Position numbers and translations under genes: made by a program. Positions 28,159 through 43,389 of a stretch of DNA of 64,000 nt are shown here, one piece after another. Under the pieces are notes generated by a model. The model saw only the letters and a program-made list of their open reading frames with translations. It was not told the origin of the DNA and did not search any database. The stretch spans positions 219,233-283,232 of the forward strand of contig NW_014577072.1 in the NCBI RefSeq assembly GCF_000485595.1. Direction: 5' to 3'. Within the stretch, counting starts at the first letter, position 1. Each line of letters opens with the position of its first letter. The DNA is from Priapulus caudatus (Eukaryota).

Positions 28159-31100
28159 TATATATATAATATATATATATATAATATATATATACGAAAT
28201 GTATATATACACACATATGTATATAACGTTTCTGTTACGCAGTTAGGTTTGCATACGCGTATACGTATCAATTTATGTTTGGAACTAATTATAGGGAGTG
28301 GATCATGTAATGGCAGAGCCATGTATCGTTAGCCGTGGAAGAGTTTGATGGCATCTTGATTACACATCAGCGTTCCTTGCTGGCCAGCTCTACCAACTCC
28401 GAGCCACGTTTGCATATCGCACCTACTTGCGCGGGGCAATGAAAGCCACTGTATCGATTGCTATGCTAAACAGGGGGGTCAAATGAGTCGGCGTATAGTC
28501 TGAAATTAGAGCCGCGCGTTGTCCACTAATGTTCACTTTACGAGCCGCCTTTGTCTCACTCCCTGCATGGTTAACTAGTCATCACCGTCACGGGACACGC
28601 ACGTCACCGTTGTGTGACGGCAGGACGCCATAACTCCGTACCTTATAGCCTTCCGTTTAATTTCCAGGCCGGGTGTAGCCGAGGCTGACGAGTCAATCAA
28701 CAGGAAAGAGTCCAGTTAGAATTGAAGTTACTAATTGGGTTATGTAGATTTCTGGCGGCATGCAAGGCGCAGGTTTCCAACGAGTACATGTTCTTTTACT
28801 TGCTAGAGTGAAGGGAATGCGTGCACGAGCCCGTGCTTTGTGCCTAACCTCCTCACTGCCGATTCTTATCACCGACCGTAATATTTTATTACATGCCACA
28901 AAGTGTTCAGTTCGCCCTTATACAACAAGATATGAATCATACTTACTAGTCTCAGCAATGAGGGTTTGGCTGTGTCATATGAGCTCTCTGGCTAACAAGG
29001 CTATTGAGAGAGACCACTCCCTCGTATTCTGCAACATACACATTTAGCTAATATGTTCATTTTATTATTTATCATTGTCGATTTCTATATTTTTTAAGAA
29101 GCTGCCTAGTGGAATTTTTATGTCGCATTGCTTTTCGCTTGCGTATTCACCCATATATTCTCAAACTGTTGGTGCATGAAAGGTGCAAAGGTATTAAATT
29201 TCGTGTAAAATATTTATTATGACAGGCTCATTGTGAAAACATACACATGTAAGGCGAAACTACATTAAAGCGCATCTGATCCATTGGAGTTACATGGCAT
29301 CATAGAATGTATACATTTCAGTGTGACACCCACGCACGCATTATTTACTATATGGTTTATTTACTAACAAGTTCACGGCTAAAGTATACACCTGCCCCTC
29401 CCCACTCATTCACGTTTTATGCCACTATTACGTGTGTGTGCGTGCGTGTGTGTGTGCGTGCGTGTGTGCGTGCGTGCGTGCGTGTATAATTCTGTATAAC
29501 TTCATCCCTTCCTTTAATCCTATAAATAGGGAGCTATACAAGGCCACGGAAGTGTACCAAGCGTGAGGAGTCAATTATATACGTAAAAACGCTCACACAC
29601 ATGCACGCACGCACTTATGCACGCACGCACGCAATTATGCACGCACGCACGCACTTATGCACGCACGCACGCAATTATGCACGCACGCACGCACTTATGC
29701 ACGCACGCACGCACTTATGCACGCACGAATGCTCGCACATAGAGCCGTAGCAGCTTATTAGGTAATTTCGTTCGGTTGCAATAATATAAGCATAATGTAT
29801 TCGGAATGACATGCATTTCATCAGACGGCGGTTCTAATACCAACACTCCCTGGATGGGTATATAAATGTTAAATGATTGCTATAGGAGACCAGAAGAACG
29901 CTGGCACTGACTGTTCGTATATATGCAAATAAAATGTGACATGCGGCGTTCAGCTGATAGAGACAGCGCGTGAAATACTAAACGATTCGACCGTAGCGCC
30001 CGCCCATCACGCAGACAGGCAGGCATGTTACTCTATAGCAGGCTACGCGGAATTGCAACACATCCCGATATAAACACTCGGCATACATAAAATCGATCAT
30101 TTATCTGAAGGTGACTAGCTGCGCGAGACAACCGTATTTACGTTAATAATCTATACTGTCCTGGCGACGGGAGAATTCCGATATGATTATGAAACAGCAA
30201 AACCACGATGAACACATCAAGTGTCTGTCGGGAAAACGGCGTCTAATAATCGTAATTATTAATTACTTGTTTAATTAAGATGATAGTCGCACATTGGCGA
30301 AGAGGGTAACTGGGTTTATTTTACGTCAGTCATTCGAGTATGAAATTCTTTCATTCGTATTCTGACCGAAACTCTTCTATGAAATCCCCCACAGTACATG
30401 CGCATGCACGTATGAGTTTCCCATAAGTATGGAGTTTGCGTTGTCTCTGCTAGCAAGCCAGATACGTTGTGAGGTGCCGATTACCTCGGCTACCTGCACA
30501 TCTACCTGTCCTACTAATTCCTCACCTAACAGCCCCTCCACATCACAGTTCCTAAGATCTGCGAATGATAACGCTTTGTATAGCCCATTTGTTGTTGCAT
30601 TTAAGGTAATATTGCATTTTACTTTTCTGCAACAATACATTGCCTGTAGATACTTGATTCATGTCTAATATACAAATGGAGCGAAGCCTGGAGCTACAAA
30701 GTCCATCGCAAATTATATGTAGCTTAAACAGAACAAATACCTTATTCATAGGCAATCGTGTTTGCAAACAAACTTATTAATATGCAGTGACACAGTCCAG
30801 CAGTGCACATGGCTAGAACTATTGCTTAATATGCTAATCTCTCTTATTCTACTTATATTAAAATTGTTTATTCTAGGATCGATTGTCTCCAAGGCTGTCG
30901 ATTTTCGCTATACTAGTATTTGATATTGTTGCAGGTAAAGCATTCACGGTTCTCTGGTATCTTTTGCCATCTGTTTAAATGTTTACTACGTCTTTTCAAG
31001 TGCGTTTGGCGGCGGTTTTACATAACAGTGAACATTGTCTTCACAAGCCCTTCATTGCTTCCACTTTCTTCCCTTCTATACATCCATTGAATTTCATCGC

Positions 31101-34100
31101 ATTGCACACCTTTTCAGCGGCGGCGTTTCGGCAAACGATTCCTATACATTCTATCAAGAGCATATAAAGAAGGGAACCCCTTCTTTATACGCTCTTGATT
31201 CTATCACTGCTCAGAAATGCCTGCATATAACTTCGGCTGGATGCAGCTCTCGCGAAATCCGTTCGGCTGCATGTTTTGCATAATCTGTCGGTGGTTTTGT
31301 TGGATATTTTGTCGAGAAGGACCGACCGATGTATTGTGGGCGACGCGGGGGCGGTGTCTGCCGACTAGGCGTGTGCGGTTTTGCTCGCTCGCTAATAATA
31401 GGCGTAGCTCCTGACAGACGCAGATTTGAAGATTTGAGATGGCGATTTGCAGGCGGACAATAATCTATAGGCCACCCGTAACTCTTTACATTCGGCCGGT
31501 TGAGTGTAAGCATTGAAAAGAAGTGCCACACGTGTGAGGCGGGCGACATAATGGCGGAATTTTGTCAGACAATGTGCGCGGGCTTGGATGGTTGATCCTC
31601 GTGGGGGTCGTGACAGAGAGAGGGCCCTTGGTACTGGGCAGGTGCCAAGTTCCCCAGCGCAGATGTATCTGGCAAACAAAGCGTGGCTCGGTGCGGAAAC
31701 CACGGACCGGCGTCCTGCGCCGTGTATTAATAACGATTTCCTTTCAAACGCTGGTTCCCATTGTAAACTGATGTTTTAGACTTTGGCGTCGTTCATTTAA
31801 AGAAATCAAAAAGAAGTTGATGGCGCACGCAATAGTCGTTTTTTATAAGGTGTTTGATTTTGCATACTATATCTATATGCGCGATAAGGACATAATGTAA
31901 ATGATTAGAACTTTACGGCTCCCGTGCTGTTCGAGTAGTGTGTGTGGTGTGCGTGGGTGTGAATGTGGGAGGTGTATGGGTGTGGGTGCATCGGTGTGAT
32001 AGCGCTGCAAATCCATTTCACAAAACCTCAAAGAGTATGACGTTTTTACACTCAAATAGCAGTTATCTGTAGACGTTACCATAATCTGCTGAGGCGTTAA
32101 CTGCGTGAACGTCCGTAGAGAAACTTGGAATGAAAAAGTATCTTGCTAATTTAATTTACATCGTCTTTATCATACGCATTAGCCACCTGGTGCTAGTGTA
32201 ATTTTCGCTTCCTAAGTAAACGACATCGGGAGCTTTAGCCCCGCCTACTTCTTTAGTAAGTCACGTCTGATTGGTTGCTCTCCCAGAGCGGTAATAGATG
32301 CTTCTTGCACCTGCTGGGGTCAGTTGCGCCAGGCTGGTCAGTTGTTATACTTCTGGCGGACATTTTTGCATAGAAAAACTGTCTGTGCGGTAGAATGCGT
32401 ATCGAATCGGCAATTTACTGAGGAAACCGCCATACACACGGGGGGTTTAGTGAAAGCAGAAGTTGTGAATGGCCTCTGCGCTATGCCCTATATAGTTTTG
32501 ATCGTGGTGCTCCGTACGTCGCGCTGCTGAGCGGTATCAATTTGGTGCGAGACGGCTAAACTGGTTTATTTTCGTTGAAATTCCGCGCAACTGATGGCCC
32601 TGTGCTAAATTATTTCTCGTTAAGCTGCTGGATATATATTAGCAGACATTTTATAAATAATTCATAAGCACGGATCACATTTAGGATGCAGTTTGGTGTA
32701 TCATGGAGTGACAGGTATTGTATGCGGATGTCCCCGTGCAATAAATGTTAAGTCGGTGTCCTTCAAAGCATATGAACAGGCGGGGATTAGATATCCAGAT
32801 CTCCATGTTGCCCACCAAAAATGTGTTAATTTTAAATAAATAATAGACATATATATTCCGATTGGTGTATATCCGTGTACGTTTAACCTACTTTTTGACA
32901 CATCCGAAATGCGCAGTAAGCCATTGATTTATTCTTAAATACGGTAATGTGCAAATATATTTCTGAAATGTCGCAATGTACCTCACAGAAGTGTGGGAAA
33001 ATGCTTAATCTATTATAGTCATACTAGGAGTCGCACTGCGCCTTTGCTGGCTTATTGTTATTTGTTTTGTTTAGTACAAGTGTTTCTAATAAATGCGTTG
33101 TGCTGCTGAAAGGATACCTCACATAAACCTGCAATCACCGGTAGGAGAAATAAACGCGTCCACCCTATTCATGCTATTTCGTGGCATTTAAGCAATTTGA
33201 TGAAATTATATACTCACGGAAATACCAGCGGTCAAGTGGCGGGCGTGGTCAGATCAATTATTATTCACGTGTTCGCGGTGACCACCTTGGAGAGATAGGT
33301 TAATAGCTGCGTCAAACGGTTGCTTGGTTTGCTGTTTTCTTTCTGAAAATACGCATTAAAAAGCACAGCGGAAAACCCTAAAAACCCCGTTTGTCCCTAA
33401 TGGTGGAGGTGTTTTCATCTCCTATATGGGGCAGGTTACTGCCTGCATGACATCTTGTCTTTTGGGTGGTCCCCGATGCCAGAACGAAACGTTCCCGTCA
33501 CACTCACACACCACGTATCACGTGTTACCATCAATCAGGAATATTCAGCAGTTTTTGAGACTGCATGTTTGAGAGGTGCCGTTGGCTCAATCTACTGCAT
33601 TACAATTGTGTGCGCTTTACGCTAACATTTTTGCCAACACATGATAGTGCAACTTCGGCCAGTGAAACATGTTTATTCCTATATTGTTTCACATTTTACC
33701 ATCTAGAGATTTTATCGTATACATCTAATAATACGTATGAATTCCGTCTATGTAAACATGAATCTAGTAAACACATATATAAAGCAAAAATGTTATACAT
33801 ATAATGACATTTTTTTACACAGCCATGGCTCTAAATTAGGATAGTGACTTTTAACGTAAACTGCTAAAACAAACAGGAGTGTTGCGTACATTATTTAAAT
33901 TTAGGTACTCAAACAAAGGCCTGGGCACATGTGCCATGGTGTGCTTTGCTATGTGAACTCGTGCGGTGCTAAATTCAGGTAAGATAAATAAATGAAACAA
34001 TGGGCTATCCTTCGCGAAGTGACGCATCTCACGACGAGCAAACACGTCCATAGCTTTAGACAGGATGCATCCATTTTCTTGTTCTTATTCTCCTATTTGA

Positions 34101-34261
34101 TGCACAAATATGTAGTTAAGAGCAGCACCTACGCGTTTCCTAAGGTGTGACTAGCATACTTGCATTTCGCAACCAATGTGTGTGTGCGTGCGTGCGTGCG
34201 TGCGTACGTGCGTGCGTACGTGCGTGCGTGCGTGCGTACGTGCGTGCGTGTGTGGTGTGTA

Positions 34262-34292
<31 letters not shown>

Positions 34293-37200
34293 TGCGTGCG
34301 TCCGTGTGTGAGTGTGTTTTATTTTACATCCGCTGTTGTTTTTTAAGGATATGGAAGTTTTTGTTTTTAAGCGGAAACCGCCTGGTTTTTGGGTGAATTA
34401 TACTGAAGTTCTGTCACGCATGGTAATTCTGCTGCGCATGATATTGGTATAGACTGTCAGCTATACTCTTGGTTTGGTGGTAAAAAATGTGCGATTATTT
34501 GTTGAATTAGCGAGTGAACGCTAAGATATCATGAGCTGCATGTTTAAGCCATTATCTTACAAACTATTCTTCTTTTTCGCTGGTCAGACGCCAGTATTTT
34601 TTAACATCGTGTTCCACGATTGGCCAATAGGCGGTTTATTTAAGCGCGTTACATGCAACCCCATTCCTCAAAAAGATTCACCAAAGGGTAACAGACAATT
34701 CGCAGGTGAAATTATATGTTTGTGGCTAAAATTGGATGCAGCAGGCAGGTATTGTAGTCAATCTGACCCGCGAGTGAGGAGTGTCTGATATCTGAACAGG
34801 AAGTTGCTGAGTGCTGCTGTGCTAGTGGGCATATCGCAACGAGAACATTGCCATTAAGAATTATCCGGTGTGTCTGTATGTAAATTTTTGTGGTGTCGGT
34901 GCTTTTCATCGCGATGCGTAGCTTTGCAGGAGTGTATACATAGCTGTCTAGTAAACCCGAAACCATGATGAAAGCATGAATGCGTCGATGGGAGAATATT
35001 TCTACCCTCGCATGGGTGTTTCTAGTACGTGAACGCGTAGGCTATGTTGTCTGCTTTAGTTTATGTTTGAAATTATGCAAATGGGAGAAATTGATAAAAC
35101 CGCTATATGGCGGATGCGTAAAGAGCATTTAAACTGGGTAATCGAGGTTTAGACGGTGTCGTGTTAAATCGTACGAAATGCATTTCTCAAGATGCTAGAA
35201 GAGCCGTGTAGGCATTCTGAGTAGAGGAGGGTCGTGCGTATAATCGCGTGTTTGCAGTGATTGGTTAGGGATGGTTCCGGCTGACGGTGACCAGTCGAAA
35301 TGGACACCGGCGGCCTTCAATGCCACATATAAGTTTAGTGCAGGTGGAAGTACTGCGGCGGGCTGTGTTCAGCTGTGTTTGCCCTGCCAGCGCAAAGTGA
35401 AGACATCGATTTCATCGAGACCTTTATATGGTGAGAATGCACATGGAGCTATCACCTGGTTGATAATCTTCTTCGGTATCGGAATTATCGGTTCGTATAC
35501 TAGCGATTCGTGTTCGTTAACTCAATCATTTCAACGCGTTTTGAAAGGGAGTGTGTTCGCGTTCGTGGGGCAGTAAGACTGCGGTGTAGGGAAGGCGGTA
35601 TTTTCGTTAATTATAACGTCGACGTTGGACCATTCCATCTACGTGACGCTAACAATGGTTTAGTTTCGCGTGAGTGAGTGCCCGATGCGTAATGCCAGCT
35701 CGATATAGTTCGCTGCGTACTGATAAGCGAAGATTTAGAAATCGCGCTACGTATTTGTGTTAACCATGGATTTAGTAGTCGCTCTCAACTAAATTCTTGT
35801 ATAAACATATGCAAGGATGCGCAATAGATCTCGAGTTATAGAGGTCTCCTGCCAGGTGCATATAGGGTTTGTCTCACGGTGCGCCGCAGTCAGTGTTTGT
35901 GCTTGTGAGTATTCGTAGGGGGAACAAGCGATACTGCTCGTTATTGAGGAACATATTTATTGTCAATATGCTTTCGTTCTTAACTCTTTCCACCTGGCTA
36001 ATCTCCATAATATATGACTACAAAAAAGGTTACCAGACTGAATACGTGTTTCACTGGAATCATTTAATTATTGAGGTGAATTATCCTATATAGGTCTAAA
36101 TGGTTTCAGAAATTCAACTTTAATTCATGAAACAACAGACGTGAGGGTTGCGCTACAATTGCGTGGCATATCTCACACGATGGCAACACTCCAGATGATA
36201 AACCATCTCTTGATGGACAGAGAACATCGCCTAAACGATTAATGGTTTCTCGCGGCAAATTAGTCACGTAGTACCTAAGATGATAGTGTCACAACTCCTA
36301 GGCATAAATGCTATATATTTTCTTCACACAAGACTAAATACCCTAAAACGTCTTTACTAAAAGTTACGAAACTGGTTAAGGTTTAGCGAAACAGTATTCT
36401 GTGGAAACATGCGCCAAACACGAATAGGCTCAAGAATAATTATTTTAAAACATCATGCGGAGGAGCGGCTGTAATGTCTTTGCTATAAGTATATTTATAT
36501 GGTCTTATATCAAAATGTTGTTGGCAATATGCGTTGGAACAGCGCTGTCCTGCTGCTAACAGTCGTACTATGCGACCGATGATTCTATGATTGATAGCTG
36601 CATGTGTAATCATATTTTCAATCGTAAGTAATTACTATGATAAGGCAAGCTTTAGCCACGTATACGAACGCCATGGTCTAGGCGTTGTGGATTATTCAGT
36701 TTTGCTGTTAATCGCCCGTAAGCCTGTAGCGTCAAAGCGTCAGCATCCGGAATACGGGAGAAGCGATTCAATCCCGTATTTATATTGTCCGAGCGATTTT
36801 TCGTGTGGAATTGAGTGTGGTTAAATACGGGCTACAGAAGAAAAAAACGTGCAGGGATTGAGCAAGCGCGCCTGCAAGTCCATATTTGTGCGCGAACGAA
36901 GAAACCCCGCGTGTGTAAACGAGCTGTCACCGAGCAGGTGATGCGGTGACTAATCTCAGCAACTCCTTTCCCCCGCGAGTGTTTTGTTGTTGGATATCAG
37001 TGATTACAGTGAGAAACGCGGCACCTCGCTGGGCTAGCATTCCCATTGGCTGAAAGGGTTTGGCGAGCAGACGCGCGGACGAAGGCGGCAGCGCGAGCGC
37101 GCTCCACCTGTGTGCGAGAGAAAGAGTGAGCGCTCCTGCTCCACGCCATTATGTCTGCTACGTGAGCGTGAATTCCTATCGGATTTCTCCTCCTGACGCA

Positions 37201-40200
37201 GCCTCTGATGAGGCCAGATGGCCATTCCTCGTCACTGCATTTTGTCGGCACGTGAATACGCCGTGCGGCTCTACAAAGCTCGTTTTGTTGCGACTTTCTG
37301 CAGATGCAGCAGAGCCTGCGTCTCTCCAAGCTGATCTAAATAAACCGACTCGCTTCAGATGTGTAGATGCATGCGGCCTTACATCGTCGCATGCACAAAC
37401 GAGAACCACTAACGAGATGTGTTTATAATAAGTAAAAACGTATCCACCGGGGTTTGATTCATTCAGCCAATTTGCTAATACCAAAAGTTGTATCACTTTT
37501 CCTTGTCCATTTTTTGCTAATACGCGTATAGCATTTTTTACAAAAACAAACAAACAAACAAACATTATACGTTCAGATGAGGATCGTTGTTTCTTTTTAA
37601 ATTTAAGTGCGCATAAGTGCATTTTAAATTTAAAGACGATTTGCTATCGCTATTCAGTAGCTAAATAGACGTTTCTGACATTGAAAAAAAGACTATCGAT
37701 GAAAACGTGTGAGCGGTCACAAGATAAAGGGCGCGTGCGAGCAATCTCTCTGTCGACGCGCGTGCGCGTGTCACGTGGTGCAACTGGCGCGCGCGACAGG
37801 TGATGCAAACCAACGCCAGCTCGCAGCAGCTCGGCCATTACATCAACCCCTCGTATATATACGAGCTGAGCAATATAATTGCGTTCGGGAGTAAAGTGCC
37901 CTGAGATGCGATAATTGAGCCGAGAAGATTGCCCGGGTGGTTGTCACAGGAGCTCAGCCGTTTTCCTAAATACTGTTATTCGCGGCGAATTAGCATCGTA
38001 ACGACTCGCGGCACGGCTGCGCCGGAGTGGGGGTCGCTCGTACTACGGCCACGGAGCGGCACGTGACAACCGTCATATATTACGGCGAGAATCGCGGACA
38101 CGTGTGATTAAGCTGGCGCCGTATTCGTGAAGCCTAACAGAATTACACAGAAATTGGCTTATAATTTCTAGTGCTTGAAGCGAAGTGCCTATATATATTG
38201 ATCATTCTCCACCATACTACGCGATTGAATCTGCATCCGATTAAAGCGGGCATCATATCCGTGGTCTCTAGCGATGTTAAAGCTTGCCAAGGCTTGTCGA
38301 TAATTGAAGGTGAAATATTTGATATCGAGGCAGGAATCCACTATTGAGCTCTTAGCTAAGTAAGCTACGCTCAAACGCCACGCCCCGTCACGCTCGCTTG
38401 CGAAGTAATTAAAATAAATTCAATCTTCTCATTTATCTCTCGGGAGTCGAGGGTTTCGTCTACATGTTTTCTAAGCCGTCTTCAAGGGCGAACGCGTCTC
38501 TGTGGTGCATGTAGAGGCTTGCACTTAGCGCAGGCACGCGCACGTTGCTGACACTGGCCTTTCATATTGGATCAACAGAACACGCGCGCGCGTGCTCACG
38601 TACGGCGAGGCGGTTATGTGCCGATGCGTGGCAAAGTATGACATCAAACAATCGTCGGCCGTTTGCAGGCACGAGACAGAAACGGGCGAAGATTACGGTT
38701 ATGTGCCCTCCGTGAGCGTCGGGCCAGTTGGTAAGAAGGGTTGAGGCTCGGCACGCACTGCTCGCGCGCGAGGTATTCACGCCACAATGGCATCGACGTT
38801 GCCGTAATTGGCATCCATTTGATATCATTACAAGCAAAATACCGCAATTCCTTTTGTGGCACTCCGTTCCTCTTTTCTGTGTGCTAGACAAAGCTAACAG
38901 TGGTCGCTGACAGCGGACTAAGCAAGTCCACCCACGGTTGGGATCTTGCAACGGGATGTGGGTGGCGCGAGGTGGAGGAGGGATGAAGTTAGTGTGTGTA
39001 ACTGCATAGCTATCGATCGAGAAAGGTATTTCTATGTGAAATTGTTGAGGAATATAACTAATACAGGTCGTGACCAGATAAAGGGAACTGTGAAGCGTCA
39101 CACGAAATATTTTTTATGTCCCCCGGGCTACCCGTGACCCCCCTTCCTCCACCAATGCTGATTAACCACCCTCGTGGTAAAATGAACCCATCTCACAGGC
39201 AAAAGCAAAATAAACACAATCTATTCGCCTTGCCACCTGCCAGCGACTATAAGGTGGTATTAGGCTGGCATCAGGTAATTTTGTTATCTACAATAGAGAC
39301 GGCACGTGGAAAAACATTTGCATTTCGGCAAAACCAAACACTCGCACTTACTTTGCGACCGGGAGTGCTGCACTGGCAGATGCACGCGAAGAGTACATGT
39401 CAGTATTTAGACTGGCTCGCGTCCATAGCGAGCTGCTAGCACGCTGCATGGTACGTTTGCCGAGCGTCAAGCGTGCGGTTGTTTGTTTTATGTTTTTTTT
39501 CGCTGCACGAGCGATTGATGATTCTTTGTGCTACTGCGACATTTGTCGTGCGTTCACACTCCACCGTGCTACGATGCTCAGCGCTTCTCTGTCCTCCCTG
39601 ATTGCAGCTGATAGAGACAGACGGGAAGGTTAAAGGTTGGATCGACGCCACCGAGCCGGGAACGGGCAACTGGATGAAGTTCGTAAGAAGCGCTAAAGCT
39701 GTGGAGGAACAGAACGTGATGGCTGTCCAGGTGGAATCACAGGTAGGATACTCGCCGATACTGCTGATTCATGCACTCACATATATATATATAGCTTGCA
39801 TTTGGTGGAGCGATGTAGCGTCGCCTGATTCAATTGCGGAGTAATAACTGAAAGTAATGACAGAGGAAATGCTGTCTTATGACGGGTGGAGGCTGTATTG
39901 CTATGCGCACCGGTCTCACACATGCTATTACACGGGGTTGTTTAACTCGACTGGTGAGGGAAACCACACCTATCTATCGGATATTCACAGAGACTATATA
40001 CTTGTGTTTTATCTTGGTATAAACCATGGGCGTATTCTGTAGAATTTTCATCTTCGGATGACTACCAACTTTGAGCGCATTGCGTTATATCGTTTGTGAC
40101 GTTGTATATTGTGATGTATTGCGTGAGAACACTGCAAAAATGGAATTACGAAATTCCCCACTAGTATTTTCTTGTAATAATAACGTAACAGAACAGTAAG

Positions 40201-42157
40201 AACACTGCCGCAGGCGATGAATCGGGTTCTATTGTTAGAACGTGAACCGAGAATGACATTAATTTCAAATGCGTGTGTATTTGTGACTGAGGCCTGATCA
40301 GGGCCTAGCTTTCAACGTCATAAAATACCTACTCCGATTAAGAATTACGCCCTTCTATATTTATAAGTGTGATTATCACAAATGGCACATATAGATGTGT
40401 TTCGTCTGCCATGGCTGCTCATGCTGTTCGAAAAATCGTCGGAAGAAGCAATGTGTAACTAACACTGCAAATACTTGGTGAGCAATGGGACACGTACAGG
40501 AAGCGTAGGAGGATGTCTTTAGTGGTTGAGTTCTGCTTGGCTGCCTACGCTGATACACTCCCGTGCGGCCGCGTTTGCATAGATGGAGGTACACACTGTC
40601 GGACTTTTACGCGCAACTGCAATTCACATAAATCAGGCGCGCTCAAACAGACGGATGACACTCGCACAAACCTGCCCATTAAAGCTCGCTAAGGCTCTGA
40701 AAACTCGTTCGTTTAAATTTATAACGACCCTATTTGCACTGCCGTTTGCCGCCACCCCGAGATGTAGCAACCTCCACGGCCGTGCCAGGGATGCACGCCA
40801 TCGTGAAGCTGTCTAAATATTTGCGTATTTAAAATTGTGTCATCCTAACACTAATAGTTTGGCTAGTCAATATTTGCGGAGATGTTTGCTTTGGGAAGAT
40901 CCGCATTGTGTTCGCCCTTGAATGAAGGCAGTAGATGAATGGGAGAGGCAGACGCGCAGGCAGACGATCTTTCCGCGGGCTGACGACAAAAGTAGCGTTC
41001 ATGTGTTTTGTGGAAAACATCTGCCGGTTATTGCGAAACGCTCGCGTTAAATAGGAGATTATGATTTCAAAAACGAAACTAATAATTTCGACAAGCCGCG
41101 AACAAATCGTTGTACGAAGCTGAATAAACAGGCAGCAGATGTCTGAAGGATTTGCCTCGATAAACTGGGGTTAAGTTATAACATCCAGGATGCTGTGTAA
41201 TTTGATATAGCAAATGGATTATCCAAAACTGCAACGAAAAAGAAATGAATAACCGGTTACGAAGTCTCATACACAGATAGAACGGATGAGAATCTGATAT
41301 TCGTTAGCGAAGTGTACACCTTCACCTTTTTGTTCTCGATAATATGCACTGCAACACTTGAAGTGTAGTTTGCGGTGCTGTTGAACTTTCGATTGAATAA
41401 TAACGACATTTTCGATAGCCAATACAGTTAATGAATAAATATACTAGGTGGGTAGTAAAACCTAGCTCTTCACCGCGCTCTCTGTCATTTGCTGCGCATA
41501 ATGTATTGAATGTACCTATGGTCTTTTAAACCAACCCGCTGGCGCAGAAATGTCTGACGCCAAGGCGAGTTTTTATTAACCAAGTACCGCATATAATGTT
41601 TATATGAAGCATACTACAATTTATTTCACTCGTCCAAACTAGTGGCTTTAAAGAAGACGTTCATGAATAGCTGTTGATACGCGGCATATACTTGCGGGTT
41701 TGTTGGAGTAAACTGTGAGTAATTTTTTTTATAGTTTATATTTAGTATAGTTCACACAGCGCGAAATATGAGCCTTACATGTTAGTGACTTTTTACTAAC
41801 ACACGCACACGCACACGCACACGCACACGCACACAAATACAAACACAAACACAAACACAAACACAAACACAAACACAAACACAAACACAAACACAAACAC
41901 AAACACGTACCGCAAACCACGTACCGCACACACGTACGCCACCACACGCACACACGCACGCACGACAACAGCGCCACCACGCACACCGCCAACGGCACAC
42001 GCACCACGCGACACGCCACATACCACACACACACACGATCACAAACACACACACACACACACAACACCACCAAACACACAACACACCGCGCGCACACGCG
42101 CCGCGCGCGTCATGACCGCATACACCACGTGCTCACACTCACACACACACACACAGC

Positions 42158-42215
<58 letters not shown>

Positions 42216-43338
42216 ACACGCGCGCGCGCACACAACGTACACAACGCACAGGAAATTCATACAGGCAGAACCCTAAAGAACGCGGACTTTTCTCAATGAA
42301 AAATCACACCGCGTGGGGGCAACTGTGTTGCTTGTCGTCGGAACCATTCAGCAAATCATGCTAGTCGAGTAGTGTTCGCCCTTTCTCTCTAGTCTTATCT
42401 TCTTTCTGCTGGTCCCTTTAAGTCGTTTAAATCCCTGACAACAAGCGGCGTTGAGCGTCTCTCACAGGAAGTGGCATCCATGTTCGCCCGCGGCTACGGC
42501 TGCCGAGACGAAATACCTCCGATTGTAAGACAGTGACGATCTCAATGCTTACTTCAGTGAGTTGCATCCTTCCCGCATTATAGCATTGGGGCAGCGCGCG
42601 ACCCATTTACTCGCGATTAAGCCTCGAGTGGTTACTCAATTTAAAACGCATCCGTTGCCGTGGCGACAAAGAAATTTCTCGTCAATGGCACATAGACGGA
42701 GCGCATGAATGAGGTTGTCGTGCGGCAGGGAGCACGATATGCTAATGAGCGTATAGTCGTATAGCGGCGCGATATTCCGCCGCATAGTCGCTATCGGAAT
42801 TCCCCACATTCTCTACGCAGAGGGTAATGTGTCCATGGGAGCTAGATAGGCTACGCACTGGGCTCGTCTGGGCGTCCGCGCCCGCTCAACTCATTCGCAG
42901 TCGATCCGCGTTACCTCTGTGTGACACGAGAGTGAAAATCAACACGGAGCAACTGTCAAAACACGTCGCCGGCATTCCCCGTGCGTTTATAGTGTTCTCA
43001 GGCGAACGACTCGAAGCGCGTTTAAAAGGCAGCACGATATCGAGTGACAGAGATTAACAGCAGGCCAGACAGCTTCGCGGGACGAGTAGCTGCCAACTGA
43101 CTGCCGATATAAGTGGATGAGAGCCGAGGGAAAACATCCTTGTGCTTGTTGTACGATTGAGTGGCAAATTCACAAAGCTCTGCCCGGCGATTTAATGAGC
43201 TACTGTTGCCAAGAGCGGGTCTGTCTGCTGTCGATATGCATTCCGTAGTCTTGATGGATCCTATGTTGGTGGCCTTGACGTGTTACAGTAAGTGACTCCG
43301 TTGCGATTAATACCATAACTCGCTTGTGAAGTGTCTTG

Positions 43339-43389
<51 letters not shown>

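Noticed and set aside
25827..29727. Regular short repeats resembling CRISPR arrays
   Set aside because: They are head-to-tail minisatellites without unique spacers, in eukaryotic context with no cas genes.
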